From NCBI RefSeq assembly GCF_000966265.1, contig NZ_LANF01000010.1:1-64000 (forward strand): 64,000 nucleotides of DNA, in the 5' to 3' direction. The notes under the pieces are model-generated. The model saw only the letters and a program-made list of their open reading frames with translations, was not told the origin of the DNA and ran no database searches. The stretch comes from Palaeococcus ferrophilus DSM 13482 (lineage in GTDB: Archaea; Methanobacteriota_B; Thermococci; Thermococcales; Thermococcaceae). Numbering within the stretch: position 1 is the first letter of the stretch; each line of letters starts with the position of its first letter. Positions 29,146 to 39,295 of this stretch are shown here, one piece after another. Made by a program: the position numbers and the translations under genes.

Positions 29146-29691
29146 TCAGATTACGTAGTTCTCCTTATCCTCATCAAACCTGTCGAGGAGTTTGTACTTC
29201 TTCTTCACGTAGGTCAGCATGTCGAAGTCCTTCCTGTGGCAAACTCCGGCCTCTTTGTCCTCGTCCTCCAGTATCCAGGGCATCTCAAGCTTGTCGTTGC
29301 CTTCAAAGATCACTTTGTAGAACTCATGTGCATCTCTCTCGTAGGTCTCAGCGGCTGGATATATGTCCCTGACACTTGGAATCCTAGCGTCGTCCCTTGG
29401 AAGCCTGGTCTTGACCATCGCGTGGGTGCCGTGGCTTATGCTGAAGAGCTGGTAAACGAGCTCCATTTCACCATCTTTGAGCCAGTCAACGGCGGTGATC
29501 TGGAGCAGAAGCTCAAAGCCGTTCGCTTTGGCCGTGCGGAGGAAGTCAGGTATCCTGTCGGCCGGAACCTTAAACTCCAGCCGCCTCTCCCTCCTAACCG
29601 TTCCATCGGCGTAGGGCGCCTTCTCAAGGAGCGCGTTCACAATTTCCTCCCCCTTTGACCAGGTTGCCTTAACCTCTTCCGCCATGCTCAC
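29146..29691 (-). CDS. mbxK: Mbx subunit K (NuoC-like)
   Basis: 181 aa NuoC/30-kDa-subunit fold. Position in the conserved operon. Confidence 0.75.
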   Translation of the reverse strand: MSMAEEVKATWSKGEEIVNALLEKAPYADGTVRRERRLEFKVPADRIPDFLRTAKANGFELLLQITAVDWLKDGEMELVYQLFSISHGTHAMVKTRLPRDDARIPSVRDIYPAAETYERDAHEFYKVIFEGNDKLEMPWILEDEDKEAGVCHRKDFDMLTYVKKKYKLLDRFDEDKENYVI

Positions 29692-30269
29692 TCCTCCCTC
29701 ACTTCATTCTTCCTGTCAACCACCCAGGGTATCCATCTTCTCGCAGTCTTCTCTCTCCATCCCTCACCGAAGAGCTCGTCCTGGTTCTTCTTGTAGTACT
29801 CGTAGTTCTCCTTGTAGCGCTTCCATCCATCGGCCTTGCCCGTCTCTATGAGCTCCATCATCTTCTGAATTCCATCCATAACGGCCTCAGGCCTCGGCAT
29901 ACAGCCCGCTATGACAACGTCAACGGGTATGTACTTGTCGAGGTGTTTGATGGCGTTGTAGCCGTCCCAGTAAACTCCTCCGTTGAGCGGGCATGAGCCG
30001 TGGGCAAGGACGTACTTCGGGTCAGGCTGCATCTCGTAGGTTATGATTATCCTCTTGAGGGTCTTTGGGGTTACGTAGCCCGTAATGAGGAAGAGGTCGG
30101 CCATCCTCGGGGCTGGGTTGGGCATCATACCGAAACGTTCGAAGTCAAACCTTGAGGTGGCGAGGGGCGGCATCTCTATACCACCGCACCCTGTACAGAA
30201 AGCCACAATCCACATGCTCCTCTTTCTCGCGTATTCAAAGAGGGGGTCAAAGAGTCTCCAATCCACCAT
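29688..30269 (-). CDS. mbxJ: Mbx subunit J (NuoB-like small subunit, proximal Fe-S cluster)
   Basis: CTGCGG...GSCP-type NuoB motifs. Start assigned to MVDW (GAGGTGA ribosome-binding site); the track ORF is extended 12 codons. Confidence 0.75.
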   Translation of the reverse strand: MVDWRLFDPLFEYARKRSMWIVAFCTGCGGIEMPPLATSRFDFERFGMMPNPAPRMADLFLITGYVTPKTLKRIIITYEMQPDPKYVLAHGSCPLNGGVYWDGYNAIKHLDKYIPVDVVIAGCMPRPEAVMDGIQKMMELIETGKADGWKRYKENYEYYKKNQDELFGEGWREKTARRWIPWVVDRKNEVREE

Positions 30270-30279
30270 TTTCATCACC

Positions 30280-31209
30280 TCACAGACTTGCCAGTATAGC
30301 TCCAAGCGCGGCTATTATTGTGGGCCACTTCCAGTAGAACTTTGCCGCCTGGTCTATGGTGAACCTCGGGAATATTGCGGCCATGAATGTTGCCACCAGC
30401 AGTACCGCCACCTGCTTGACGAGGAGCACTCCAAGGCTCGCGATAGTGTTGAGTATTGGGCTTGCGAATGCCGTGACCACTCCACCGCCGAGGAAGATGT
30501 TGCTGAAGAACAGCGTCTCCGCGAAGAGCGCTATAGCGTGCTGGATGTTGAGGAGGCCCATGTGCTTTCCCCCAAACTCGACCATTGGACCAAGGGATAT
30601 CTCACCCGGGGCTATCATTATGTCGAAGGGCTCCTTTCCGAACATGGCCTGGAGGACGAGGTCGTAAGCTATCGCCGCGAGCAGGAGCGGGAGGTGGGCG
30701 ATGCTCCATCCCATCGTCTGCTGGGCCATGACTATCTGGTAGGTGCTGAAGGTTCCGTAGTATTCTGCTAACGCCACTATGGCAAATCCAAGCGGCACCT
30801 GTATGGCGAGGAGCGTTAGGAGTGCCCTCTGCGCACCTATACCGGCCCAGGGGTTGCCCGAGCTCATCGCGGCGAACATTATACCGAGCATCGGTATCTC
30901 AAGGAGGAAGGTGATGAGGATTAGGTCACCGTAGGCCCTGAGCACACCGACGTTTCCGAGAGGTATGAACATCACAGCTAATACTGTAGCGCCGACCGCG
31001 TAGAGGATTCCGAAGTCGTAGATGAGGCCGTGGGTTATGTTGCTCTTCTTGGAGAGGAGCTTGATAGTATCGAGGATAGGCTGGTAGATTGGCGGACCAA
31101 CCCTCCTGTGTATCCTTGCCGTCACTATCCTGATTATTCCCATGAACATAAAGCCCACAAAGGTCGCGTAAAGAAGTATAAAGAGAGCCTTGAGTGCCGT
31201 CTCAATCAT
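30280..31209 (-). CDS. mbxM: Mbx subunit M (NuoH-like membrane subunit)
   Basis: 309 aa, 8 transmembrane helices, NuoH family. Confidence 0.75.
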   Translation of the reverse strand: MIETALKALFILLYATFVGFMFMGIIRIVTARIHRRVGPPIYQPILDTIKLLSKKSNITHGLIYDFGILYAVGATVLAVMFIPLGNVGVLRAYGDLILITFLLEIPMLGIMFAAMSSGNPWAGIGAQRALLTLLAIQVPLGFAIVALAEYYGTFSTYQIVMAQQTMGWSIAHLPLLLAAIAYDLVLQAMFGKEPFDIMIAPGEISLGPMVEFGGKHMGLLNIQHAIALFAETLFFSNIFLGGGVVTAFASPILNTIASLGVLLVKQVAVLLVATFMAAIFPRFTIDQAAKFYWKWPTIIAALGAILASL

Positions 31210-31212
31210 CTT

Positions 31213-33069
31213 TCACACCCCCCACATTGCAAGGATTAGGAGTATTATGAGCAGGTACCAAGCATAGCTCTGGACGTTTCCGTTGTAGATGTAGTTGCGG
31301 AGGACTTCGGCGAGATCCTCCACCCATGCCCCGATGTCACGGTAGAGCCTGTCGAAGCTTATCCTGAGCCAGAAGGCAAGGGCCTCCTTGAGTGGGAGGA
31401 AGAAGTTCCTCCTTATGGTTAGATTGTAGTCCATGGTGACGGGGTTACCCGACTGGTAGGTGTCCGTGACGGGAACCCTCCTCACCTTAGCGCCAAGGAA
31501 GTAGATTACTGCCGCCACTATGAGGCCCGCGATGAGGTATATGAGTATTGCCAGCGCGTTGTACTTACCGAAGCCGAGGTCGAGGACGAAGAGGTTGCCG
31601 CCGATGATCTCCTTGCCAAACATCTTGTTGAGTTCCTTGGCGACAAGACCCGGCGCTATACCAAGTACCACGTTGAAGAGCGCCAGTATCGTCATCGCTA
31701 TCGCCAGTGGGAGCGGAGCATCTTTCGTGTCGTCGAGGTCGGTTGGTCTTTGCCCGAACCACACCGCGTAGGTGAACCTTATGAGGTAGACGAAACCTAT
31801 GGCACTTCCGAAGAACACCATGCCGCCGAGTATGGGCAGGTTCTGGCTTATAACTGCCTCAAAGAGCACCCATTTGCTGGCAAAACCGACCAGCGGGGGT
31901 ATTCCCGCGAGGCTCAATATGGCCACGAAGGCCATGGCGAAGGTGAAGGGCATCTTCTCCGCCAGACCACCCATGTCGGCGAAAGTGGTTTTGCCCGTGC
32001 GGTGAACGATGGTAGCCACTATGAGGAAGAACAGGCCCTTGAACAGCGCGTGGCTGAGGGCGTGGAACAAAGCAGCCTGCATGCTGAGAGCAGTTCCCAC
32101 GCCGATGCCCACGAGTATGTAGCCCACCTGGCTTATACTCGAGTAGGCGAAGAGCTTCCTTATGTCCTCCTGCAAAGCGGCGAGCAGACCGCCGACGATT
32201 ATGGTGAGACCTCCAAGGAAGGCTATTATGTAGCCAAACTTGGATGCGCTCCTGAAGGCGCCGAACTCAACCGCGAGTCTCGTGCCTATGAGGATGTACA
32301 TGAGGATGAAGCCGTAGACACCGGCCTTGCTGAGAACTCCGCTGAACATTGAGGTGTAGCTCTGGTTGGTCTCGGAGTAGGCATCTGGCGCCCACACGTG
32401 AAGTGGGAACATCCCGGCCTTAACGCCAAAGGCCACGAGGAACAGTCCAAAGAGCGCCATTAGCTCCGTGGAGCTGAAAGTGGCCTGGCCGCCGAGCATT
32501 TTGGCGTAGGCGTCCTGAGCAAAAACCGTCTGAACAGCGCCGAAGTCAAAGCTTCCCACTTTGGCGTAGATGAAGGTTATTGCTATAAGCATCGCGTATG
32601 CCCCGGCAACGCTGAGCAGGAAGTACTTGAGGGACGCGGAGCGGTTGTAGTGGAGTACCATCATGAAGCTGGCGAAGGTCATGACCTCCCAGAAGATGAA
32701 GAAGGTCATGAGGTCCGCGGCCAGGAAAACACCTAGCACTCCGCTGAGGCTCATTAACGCGAACAGCCACTCGTAGCTGTCCTTCGCCGTTGATACGAGG
32801 GCGAGGACCGCGCTGAAGCCAACGAGGACCGCTATGCCAACGAAGAACCAGTTGAGCTGGCCGAGTCTAAAGGTGATGTCAAAGACCCCGAGGTTTACGG
32901 CGAATGAGATACCCTCAGAGGCCCTCTCGTAGAGCATGGCGGTATAGGCAAGGGGCACAGCTGCTCCTATGAGGCCTATTGCCTCCTTTATTCCCTTAAC
33001 GTCAAGGAGCCAAGCGAGGGCTCCCGCCACAAGGGGAGCGAATACGATAAGAGCGAGTTCGTTAATCAT
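31213..33069 (-). CDS. Mbx subunit H' (NuoL/MrpA-like antiporter-type subunit)
   Basis: 618 aa NuoL/M/N-MrpA/D family. Confidence 0.75.
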   Translation of the reverse strand: MINELALIVFAPLVAGALAWLLDVKGIKEAIGLIGAAVPLAYTAMLYERASEGISFAVNLGVFDITFRLGQLNWFFVGIAVLVGFSAVLALVSTAKDSYEWLFALMSLSGVLGVFLAADLMTFFIFWEVMTFASFMMVLHYNRSASLKYFLLSVAGAYAMLIAITFIYAKVGSFDFGAVQTVFAQDAYAKMLGGQATFSSTELMALFGLFLVAFGVKAGMFPLHVWAPDAYSETNQSYTSMFSGVLSKAGVYGFILMYILIGTRLAVEFGAFRSASKFGYIIAFLGGLTIIVGGLLAALQEDIRKLFAYSSISQVGYILVGIGVGTALSMQAALFHALSHALFKGLFFLIVATIVHRTGKTTFADMGGLAEKMPFTFAMAFVAILSLAGIPPLVGFASKWVLFEAVISQNLPILGGMVFFGSAIGFVYLIRFTYAVWFGQRPTDLDDTKDAPLPLAIAMTILALFNVVLGIAPGLVAKELNKMFGKEIIGGNLFVLDLGFGKYNALAILIYLIAGLIVAAVIYFLGAKVRRVPVTDTYQSGNPVTMDYNLTIRRNFFLPLKEALAFWLRISFDRLYRDIGAWVEDLAEVLRNYIYNGNVQSYAWYLLIILLILAMWGV

Positions 33070-34550
33070 GCTCCCACCCCCATCAGTGGAACGTTCTTGA
33101 TGTAGTTGGCCACGTTAAAGACGTCGCTTCCTGCCTTCTGGACAATGTTCCAGAGCGGCTCCGGGTAGAGACCTATTACGATGATGGCCGCCACGAGGAG
33201 GAGCATTACCACCCCGAGGACAAGGTTCTCGCTGAGCCTCTCGCCCTCCCCCGTGAACCACATCGTGTGGATGAGCCTTATGTAATACGCCGCCTCCACG
33301 ATGCTGGCTAATAAGACAAGGGCGACAACCCACGCGTAGTTTGCCTCCATGGCGGCCATTATAATCTGCATCTTGCTCCAGAAGGCGTTAAAGAGCGGTA
33401 TTCCCATGACGGCCACTGCTCCAACGGTTATGCTGAAAGCCGTCAGAGGCATCCTCTTCCCAAGTCCCTGGAAGTCCTCGATGGCAGTCCCTCCAAGGGT
33501 TATCCCCACGTAGCCGACCGCCAGGAAGAGGAGGGCCTTGATTATCGCGTGGTTGACCATGTGGAATACCGCCGCACTGACACCGCCGGCGGTGCCGAGG
33601 GAGAACGCTACAGCTATGAAGCCGACCTGGGCGATACTTGAGTATGCTACCATCCTCTTAACGTCCCTCTGGCGCAGTGCTGAAAGCTCGCCGATTATTA
33701 CCGTCAGGGTGCCCATTATGATGAGGAGCCTCGCCACGTTCGCCCATCCCGATGCCGCACCAAGGACGTAGAGGATTCTCGCTATGGCGTAGAGGCCCGC
33801 CTTGACCACGAAGGCCGAGAACATGGCCGTTATCGGGTGCGGTGCCGCCTGGTAGGCATCGGGTGCCCATGCGTTGAGCGGGAAGAGCTCGGCCTCAACA
33901 GCCAAGCCGAATATTATGAGGGCCAGCGCCGCCTGGGCCACGGTAGCGTTCATCTTGCCTGCGAGGAGGGCTATGTGCGCGAGGTTGAGCGTCCCAAGGG
34001 AACCGTAGAGGAGGGCAACTCCAACGAGGAAGAAGCTCGAGCCTATTCCTCCAAGGAGCATGTACTTAAGTCCCGCCTCGCTCGCCTCTCCGGTCTTGTT
34101 GTAGGCCGTGAGAGCGTAGGCACTTATTGCGGTTATCTCCATGAAGACGAAAAGGTTGAATATGTCTCCCGTCGCTATCATGCCCGTTGCTCCGAGCATC
34201 AGCAGGAGGAAGAGCATGGCGTACTTGTCCTTCGGCTCAACGTTGATGGCTTTCATGCTGAATATGGACATGAAGAAGCTTGCCAGTGCAACTATGAGCA
34301 CGAAGAGCGCCGCGAAGTGGCCTATGTAGAGGTTGATTCCAACGGGGGGCCTGAAACCGCCGGCCATGACTATTATCGGCTTTCCGGTAGTGTAGACCTC
34401 CCTGAACACCCACCCTGCTATCCCCGCTTGAAGGGCGGTCACGAGGACGAGGAAGGGCATTATGGTGCTCCTGCTGAACCTCTTGAGTACGGGGATGAAG
34501 AACGCACTGATAAGCGGGAGCGCGATTAAAAGTGACGCGTACTGGCTCAT
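33066..34550 (-). CDS. mbxH: Mbx subunit H (NuoM/MrpD-like antiporter-type subunit)
   Basis: 494 aa NuoL/M/N family. 4-nt overlaps with both neighbours. Confidence 0.75.
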   Translation of the reverse strand: MSQYASLLIALPLISAFFIPVLKRFSRSTIMPFLVLVTALQAGIAGWVFREVYTTGKPIIVMAGGFRPPVGINLYIGHFAALFVLIVALASFFMSIFSMKAINVEPKDKYAMLFLLLMLGATGMIATGDIFNLFVFMEITAISAYALTAYNKTGEASEAGLKYMLLGGIGSSFFLVGVALLYGSLGTLNLAHIALLAGKMNATVAQAALALIIFGLAVEAELFPLNAWAPDAYQAAPHPITAMFSAFVVKAGLYAIARILYVLGAASGWANVARLLIIMGTLTVIIGELSALRQRDVKRMVAYSSIAQVGFIAVAFSLGTAGGVSAAVFHMVNHAIIKALLFLAVGYVGITLGGTAIEDFQGLGKRMPLTAFSITVGAVAVMGIPLFNAFWSKMQIIMAAMEANYAWVVALVLLASIVEAAYYIRLIHTMWFTGEGERLSENLVLGVVMLLLVAAIIVIGLYPEPLWNIVQKAGSDVFNVANYIKNVPLMGVGA

Positions 34551-34891
34551 CCTCTCAACCTCCTTATCTTTTCAGCGTCGAGGGTTTTGTACTTCTCATA
34601 GAGGTTTATCACAATCGTAAGGGCTAGGGCAGTTGTCGCAACACCGATAACGATTGCCGTGAGGACGAGCGCCTGGGGAATCGGGTCAACGGCGTTGGAT
34701 GGACCGATGCCCTCGCTAAGTATCGGAGCGCTCCTTCCGCTAACGTAGCCGACGCTTATGAGGAGGAGGTTAACGCCGGTCTCCATTATGCTGAGCCCCA
34801 CGAGCATCTTGAGCACGTTCCTCTTGACGAGTACCGCGTAGAAGCCTATGAGGATCAGTGCTATCGCGCCGAAGTAGTAAGCGCTGATCAT
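34547..34891 (-). CDS. mbxG: Mbx subunit G (NuoK/MrpC-like)
   Basis: 114 aa from MISAYYFGAIALILIG. The 49-codon upstream extension in the track is a GC-rich artefact overlapping mbxF. Confidence 0.7.
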   Translation of the reverse strand: MISAYYFGAIALILIGFYAVLVKRNVLKMLVGLSIMETGVNLLLISVGYVSGRSAPILSEGIGPSNAVDPIPQALVLTAIVIGVATTALALTIVINLYEKYKTLDAEKIRRLRG

Positions 34892-35616
34892 TCGCTCACC
34901 TCCTCTTTGACCATGTTGTCCACGATTCCCGTGAGCTCCGTGCCGACCTTGAGACCTATGAGCGTGTAGATTACGGGGATGAACCCGGCGCTGAAGAGCC
35001 TGCCGATGTTGCCGTGTCCCCATCCCCACGTCTGCCATATCCAGTCAAAGAGGAAGTACCCGCCTATGGCGAGGCCTATGAGGCCGACCGTCACGTAGCC
35101 CATACCCGCGAGGCCCTCGAGGGGCTCGAAGACCCTGTGCTCTATCTCATAGCTCGTGAAGGCCAGGTAGAGCATGAGGAAGGCCGTCGCTATAGTCGCT
35201 CCACCGGGGAAACCCCCTCCCGGGGTGAGGTGTCCGTGGATGAATATGTAGGCACCGAATAGCATTATGAACGGTAGGAGAATCCTTGCTCCCGTCTTTA
35301 GAACAACGGAACCCTCCGTTCTCGCGGTCCTCTCCTTCTTCCTCCTCCAGAGGAGTGCTCCAACGCCGGTCGAGGCTATGAAGAGAACGGTGACCTCACC
35401 GAGGGTGTCGAACCCACGGTAGTTCACCACTACCGCGGTGACTGTGTTGACCGCTCCCGTCTCCATCATGACGTTGTTGAGGTAGTACTTGCCGACGAGC
35501 ATCCTGTCCGCTCCGAAGTCAACACCCGAAAGGGCGCTGGCCATCCAGAGGCCGATGAACAGGAGGGTGATTATAGCAAACGCCCTCTTAAGCACGCTCA
35601 CCATCTCATCCACCAC
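34888..35616 (-). CDS. mbxF: Mbx subunit F (MrpB-like, DUF4040-type)
   Basis: 242 aa polytopic protein, MnhB/MrpB family. Confidence 0.65.
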   Translation of the reverse strand: MVDEMVSVLKRAFAIITLLFIGLWMASALSGVDFGADRMLVGKYYLNNVMMETGAVNTVTAVVVNYRGFDTLGEVTVLFIASTGVGALLWRRKKERTARTEGSVVLKTGARILLPFIMLFGAYIFIHGHLTPGGGFPGGATIATAFLMLYLAFTSYEIEHRVFEPLEGLAGMGYVTVGLIGLAIGGYFLFDWIWQTWGWGHGNIGRLFSAGFIPVIYTLIGLKVGTELTGIVDNMVKEEVSE

Positions 35617-35879
35617 CCTACACCTTCTTCCTCGCTTTCAAACCTCTCCGTGCGCTTTATGGCGAATATGAACACTGCAGCACTCATGGCCGCGCCTATG
35701 GCCGCCTCCGTCATTGCCACGTCAGGCGCCTGAAGGAAGAAGAACAGCACTGACGCGAAGAGACTTACAGCGGCCATTCCGACCACTGCCGCAAGGAGGT
35801 CCCTCCACTCAACGGCGAATATCGCGGAGAGAACCATCATGGCCACAATGATGTACTCTATACAGGTTATGCAGTTCAT
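35598..35879 (-). CDS. mbxD: Mbx subunit D (small Mrp-like membrane subunit)
   Basis: 93 aa, 3 transmembrane helices. Operon position. Confidence 0.6.
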   Translation of the reverse strand: MNCITCIEYIIVAMMVLSAIFAVEWRDLLAAVVGMAAVSLFASVLFFFLQAPDVAMTEAAIGAAMSAAVFIFAIKRTERFESEEEGVGWWMRW

Positions 35880-36244
35880 TCCTCTCCCCCCTCCTTATTT
35901 TCAGCCCCCAGGGCCTCCTTGTATCTGTCAACGACGCTACCCTCCCAGAGGGGGATGCCGCTCTTGTAGGCTGCCCTTATGAGGGCGTGGGCACTGATGG
36001 GATTGGTCAGCAGGAGAAAGACCGCGATGACGATGGTCTTTGGAAGCCAGGCGTAGCTTCCCACGTGGTCAATGGCCCACACTCCGGTTCCCACTATGAC
36101 TCCAAGGGAACCGAGAGTGGCGCTCTTTGTGGCAGTCTGCATCCTGTTGTAAACGTCGGGCATCCTGATCAGGCCGAGAGTTGAGAGCAGGTAGAAGATC
36201 GTCCCGAAGATGACAAGGAACTCTCCGATGTAGCTCGCTATCAT
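35876..36244 (-). CDS. mbxC: Mbx subunit C (MrpG/MnhG-like)
   Basis: 122 aa MnhG family. Confidence 0.65.
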   Translation of the reverse strand: MIASYIGEFLVIFGTIFYLLSTLGLIRMPDVYNRMQTATKSATLGSLGVIVGTGVWAIDHVGSYAWLPKTIVIAVFLLLTNPISAHALIRAAYKSGIPLWEGSVVDRYKEALGAENKEGGEE

Positions 36245-36495
36245 ATCCCTCCCTCCAGGTAGCGCGCGAAGGCTATCACTCCAAGGAACGCGAGAACCGC
36301 GTAGACGAGGGCCACGTCGAGGAATATGGCTCTTCTGTAGTAGAGCGCGAAGAGCACCATGAGTCCCGCGGTGATGGTGGTCATAATGTCAACCGCGACG
36401 AGCCTATCCACAGTGGTCGGTCCCCTGAAAACGCGGTACATGCTGAGGAGCGTCGCTATGGCTATGAGGGCGAGGTAAATGTTTACGCCTATCAT
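36241..36495 (-). CDS. mbxB: Mbx subunit B (MrpF/MnhF-like)
   Basis: 84 aa MnhF family. Confidence 0.65.
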   Translation of the reverse strand: MIGVNIYLALIAIATLLSMYRVFRGPTTVDRLVAVDIMTTITAGLMVLFALYYRRAIFLDVALVYAVLAFLGVIAFARYLEGGI

Positions 36496-36998
36496 GGGAA
36501 TATCACCTTTAGGAACTTTTCAAAGGGCTTAGTTATGTTCTCGGAGGCACCTTCAACGCTCGCGTCCTTAACGTCTATCCAGTGGATGAAGTACCTGTCT
36601 CCCTTGACGTCGAGGGTTATGGTTCCCGGCGTCAGGGTTATCGAGTTCGCGAGGGCGAGCTTCCCGAGGTCGTTGTCGAGAACGGTTTTGCACTCAACGA
36701 TTCCGGGGTTTATGGGTCTCTTGGGGTGGAGAACGCGGTAGGCAACGTCGAGGTTAGCCATGAGCATCGCCCACAGGAAGTAGGGCACGTACGCTATCGC
36801 ATAGGCGACCCTCTTGGGGTGGAGGTTGGCCAGTCCGCTCTCCGTGAAGATGCTGTAGGTCAGTGCGCCCACTATGAGTGAAAGGACGAGGCCTATCTCA
36901 AGTTCCTGTATATCCAAGCTGCTCGTCAGAAAAATCCAAATAACAAATAACACAATCACTGTGTAGAGATAACGGCTTATCCTGCTTGCTTCTCCCAT
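36492..36998 (-). CDS. mbxA: Mbx subunit A (MrpE/MnhE-like)
   Basis: 168 aa MnhE family. First gene of the operon, with an AT-rich promoter region at 36999..37217. Confidence 0.65.
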   Translation of the reverse strand: MGEASRISRYLYTVIVLFVIWIFLTSSLDIQELEIGLVLSLIVGALTYSIFTESGLANLHPKRVAYAIAYVPYFLWAMLMANLDVAYRVLHPKRPINPGIVECKTVLDNDLGKLALANSITLTPGTITLDVKGDRYFIHWIDVKDASVEGASENITKPFEKFLKVIFP

Positions 36999-37217
36999 TC
37001 ACAACCCTCCAGGCACTTAAATTTGAAAGTTTTTACACACTAGCTAACCCTTGGTTCAGAATTTACCTATATAAACTTTATCAACAGAACTCCTAGTTTT
37101 AAACTCAAAGTTCTGAACGTTAAGGCCCTTAAATGGCCATCGGTGCCATCTGGTTGCTCATTTTTGTGGCATCACACTTAAAAGTCAGCGGTGTGAGGGG
37201 GATATGGTGAAGGCAAG

Positions 37218-37514
37218 ATGATCATAGCAAAACCCTGCACTACCATGAGGGGCCTCGTGATTCAGCCCTACTCCTGGGACAGGGAGGTGAAGGTTGATCT
37301 GGGGAAGACCGCCGAGTGCCTGGGGAAGAAAGGCGTGGAGGTCAAAAAGCTCATCCCCAAGATGATGCTGATAGTGGAGATGGAGGGTTATGAGCTCAGC
37401 GTCTATCCGAGCGGGAAGATCATAATAAAGCTCCTCGACGACATGGAAATGGGAAAAAAGATTTCAAGGGAAGTTTTCGACTGCGCCGGAATTCTGGAGG
37501 TCGTTGAGGGCTAA
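37218..37514 (+). CDS. Small hypothetical protein
   Basis: 98 aa. Weak ribosome-binding site (GGTGAAGG). Convergent with gltX; the stop abuts the gltX stop. Confidence 0.35.
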   Translation: MIIAKPCTTMRGLVIQPYSWDREVKVDLGKTAECLGKKGVEVKKLIPKMMLIVEMEGYELSVYPSGKIIIKLLDDMEMGKKISREVFDCAGILEVVEG

Positions 37515-39230
37515 TCACCGGTGGGCGAATATCGCCACCACCTTCTCCCCAACCTCGTCTATCCTGACGAAGCCGAAGCGCTCGAACTGGACCACCTCGT
37601 CAACCTTAACGTCGGCATCGCTCTCGAGGAGGCCTTCTCTGATGATCAGCTCGTCCCCTTCCGGAACGAGGACTTCGCAGGGCTTTCCTTCCGTCACCCA
37701 GTGAACCATCCTCCAACGGTTCTCCCTGGCAACCTCGTACTCAACGCTGTGGAAGCGCGCCTTAATTCCCTCCTCGCTCGCCTCGAGGATTTCGACGTTG
37801 AAGAGGTCCTTAAGGCGGACGAAGTTCCCGGGCTTGAAGAGTTCCATGTCGTCCTTTGAGACGTAGAGGGGTTTGCCCGGCTCGAACTTGAGCCTCCTCT
37901 TACCTCTCTCCGGGTGGTCGGGGTGGAGGGGTATCTCGGCAACGAACTCCCTGGCGCCTTCAATGTACATCGGAATTGGATCGGCGACGAAGAAGTAGCG
38001 GTTGGCTATAGGCTCGATTATTCTCCTGTTTATGGCCGCTAGGTTGTCCCAGCTTATTGTGGTGTCGCTCGTCTTGAGGCCAACTTCGACTATAAGCTCC
38101 CTTATCGCTTCAGGCCTTATGCCGCGCCTCTTTAGGGCCCTTATTGTTCCAAGGCGCGGGTCGTCCCACCCGAGGTATTTGCCCTCCTCGATTCCCTTCC
38201 TGGTCTTCGACTTGCTCAGGACAACGCCCTCTATGCTGAGCCTTCCGTGGTGGACCGCCACGGGGTACTCCCAGCCGAGGTACTCGTAGAGGTAGCGCTG
38301 CCTCGTCTCGTTCTCGGCGTGCTCCTGCCCGCGGAAGATGTGGGTAACGCCAAGCTCGTGGTCATCTATGGCAGAGGCGAAGTTGTAGAGGGGCCACACG
38401 CGGTATTTGTTTCCGGTCCTCGGGTGGTTGGGCTCGTCAATGATCCTGAGGGCAGGCCAGTCCCTAACTGCCGGATTTGGATGCTTGAGGTCGGTCTTTA
38501 TCCTGACGACGGCCTCGCCCTCTTTGTACTCTCCGTTGAGCATCTTCCTCCAGCGCTCGAGCTGCACTTCAGGGGGCTCCTCGCGGTGGGGGCAGGCAAC
38601 ACCCTTATCCCTAAGCTCGCGGAATTTCTCGGGTTTACAGGTGCACACGTAGGCCCTACCCATTTCAAGGAGCTTCTCGGCGTAGGAGTAGTAGAGCTCG
38701 AGCCTGTCGCTGGCTATGTGAATCTCGTCCGGCCTCATTCCAAGCCACTCGAGGTCCTCCTTTATCCACTCGTAGAACTTCGGCTCGGGCCGCTTGACCT
38801 TTGGGTCTGTGTCGTCGAAGCGGAGGATGAACTTTCCGCCGTAGAGCCTCGCGTACTCATGGCTGAGAATAGCGGCCCTAGCGTTCCCGAGGTGGAAGAC
38901 ACCGTCCGGATTGGGGGCGAAGCGCGTAACGACCTTACCCTTCTCCGCCCTCGGAAGGGGCGGGAGGCCCTTCTTCTCCTCCTTCTTCTCCTTTTTGGCC
39001 TCAAAGAACTCCGGATAAATTTCCCTCAGCTTTGCCTCCTGTTCTTCAAGCGAGAGGGCGTTCACCTTCTCAACGACCTCGTTCACGAGGGGGATTATCT
39101 CCCTCGCCCTGGGCCTGAGCTCGGGGTTCTCTCCGAGAACCTTCCCTATGACCGCCTTGGGGTTGGCCTTTCCATTGTGGGTGTATGCGTTGATGAGCGC
39201 GTACTTAAGGATAATCTCCTCCATTTCCAT
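37515..39230 (-). CDS. gltX: Glutamyl-tRNA synthetase, archaeal/eukaryotic type
   Basis: Class-I HIGH variant (FHLGNAR). About 570 aa archaeal GluRS architecture with an N-terminal K/E-rich insertion. Confidence 0.9.
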   Translation of the reverse strand: MEMEEIILKYALINAYTHNGKANPKAVIGKVLGENPELRPRAREIIPLVNEVVEKVNALSLEEQEAKLREIYPEFFEAKKEKKEEKKGLPPLPRAEKGKVVTRFAPNPDGVFHLGNARAAILSHEYARLYGGKFILRFDDTDPKVKRPEPKFYEWIKEDLEWLGMRPDEIHIASDRLELYYSYAEKLLEMGRAYVCTCKPEKFRELRDKGVACPHREEPPEVQLERWRKMLNGEYKEGEAVVRIKTDLKHPNPAVRDWPALRIIDEPNHPRTGNKYRVWPLYNFASAIDDHELGVTHIFRGQEHAENETRQRYLYEYLGWEYPVAVHHGRLSIEGVVLSKSKTRKGIEEGKYLGWDDPRLGTIRALKRRGIRPEAIRELIVEVGLKTSDTTISWDNLAAINRRIIEPIANRYFFVADPIPMYIEGAREFVAEIPLHPDHPERGKRRLKFEPGKPLYVSKDDMELFKPGNFVRLKDLFNVEILEASEEGIKARFHSVEYEVARENRWRMVHWVTEGKPCEVLVPEGDELIIREGLLESDADVKVDEVVQFERFGFVRIDEVGEKVVAIFAHR

Positions 39231-39295
39231 CACCTAAAGGGTGGAAAGAAGGGGGAAGTTATAAAGGTTGCCCAGAAGGGAAAGAAAAGGGAACC

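Noticed and set aside
34892-35038. 49-codon extension of mbxG (Gly/His/Arg-rich)
   Set aside because: Overlaps the 3' end of mbxF in another frame. The NuoK-like protein starts at MISAYY with the canonical ATGA overlap.
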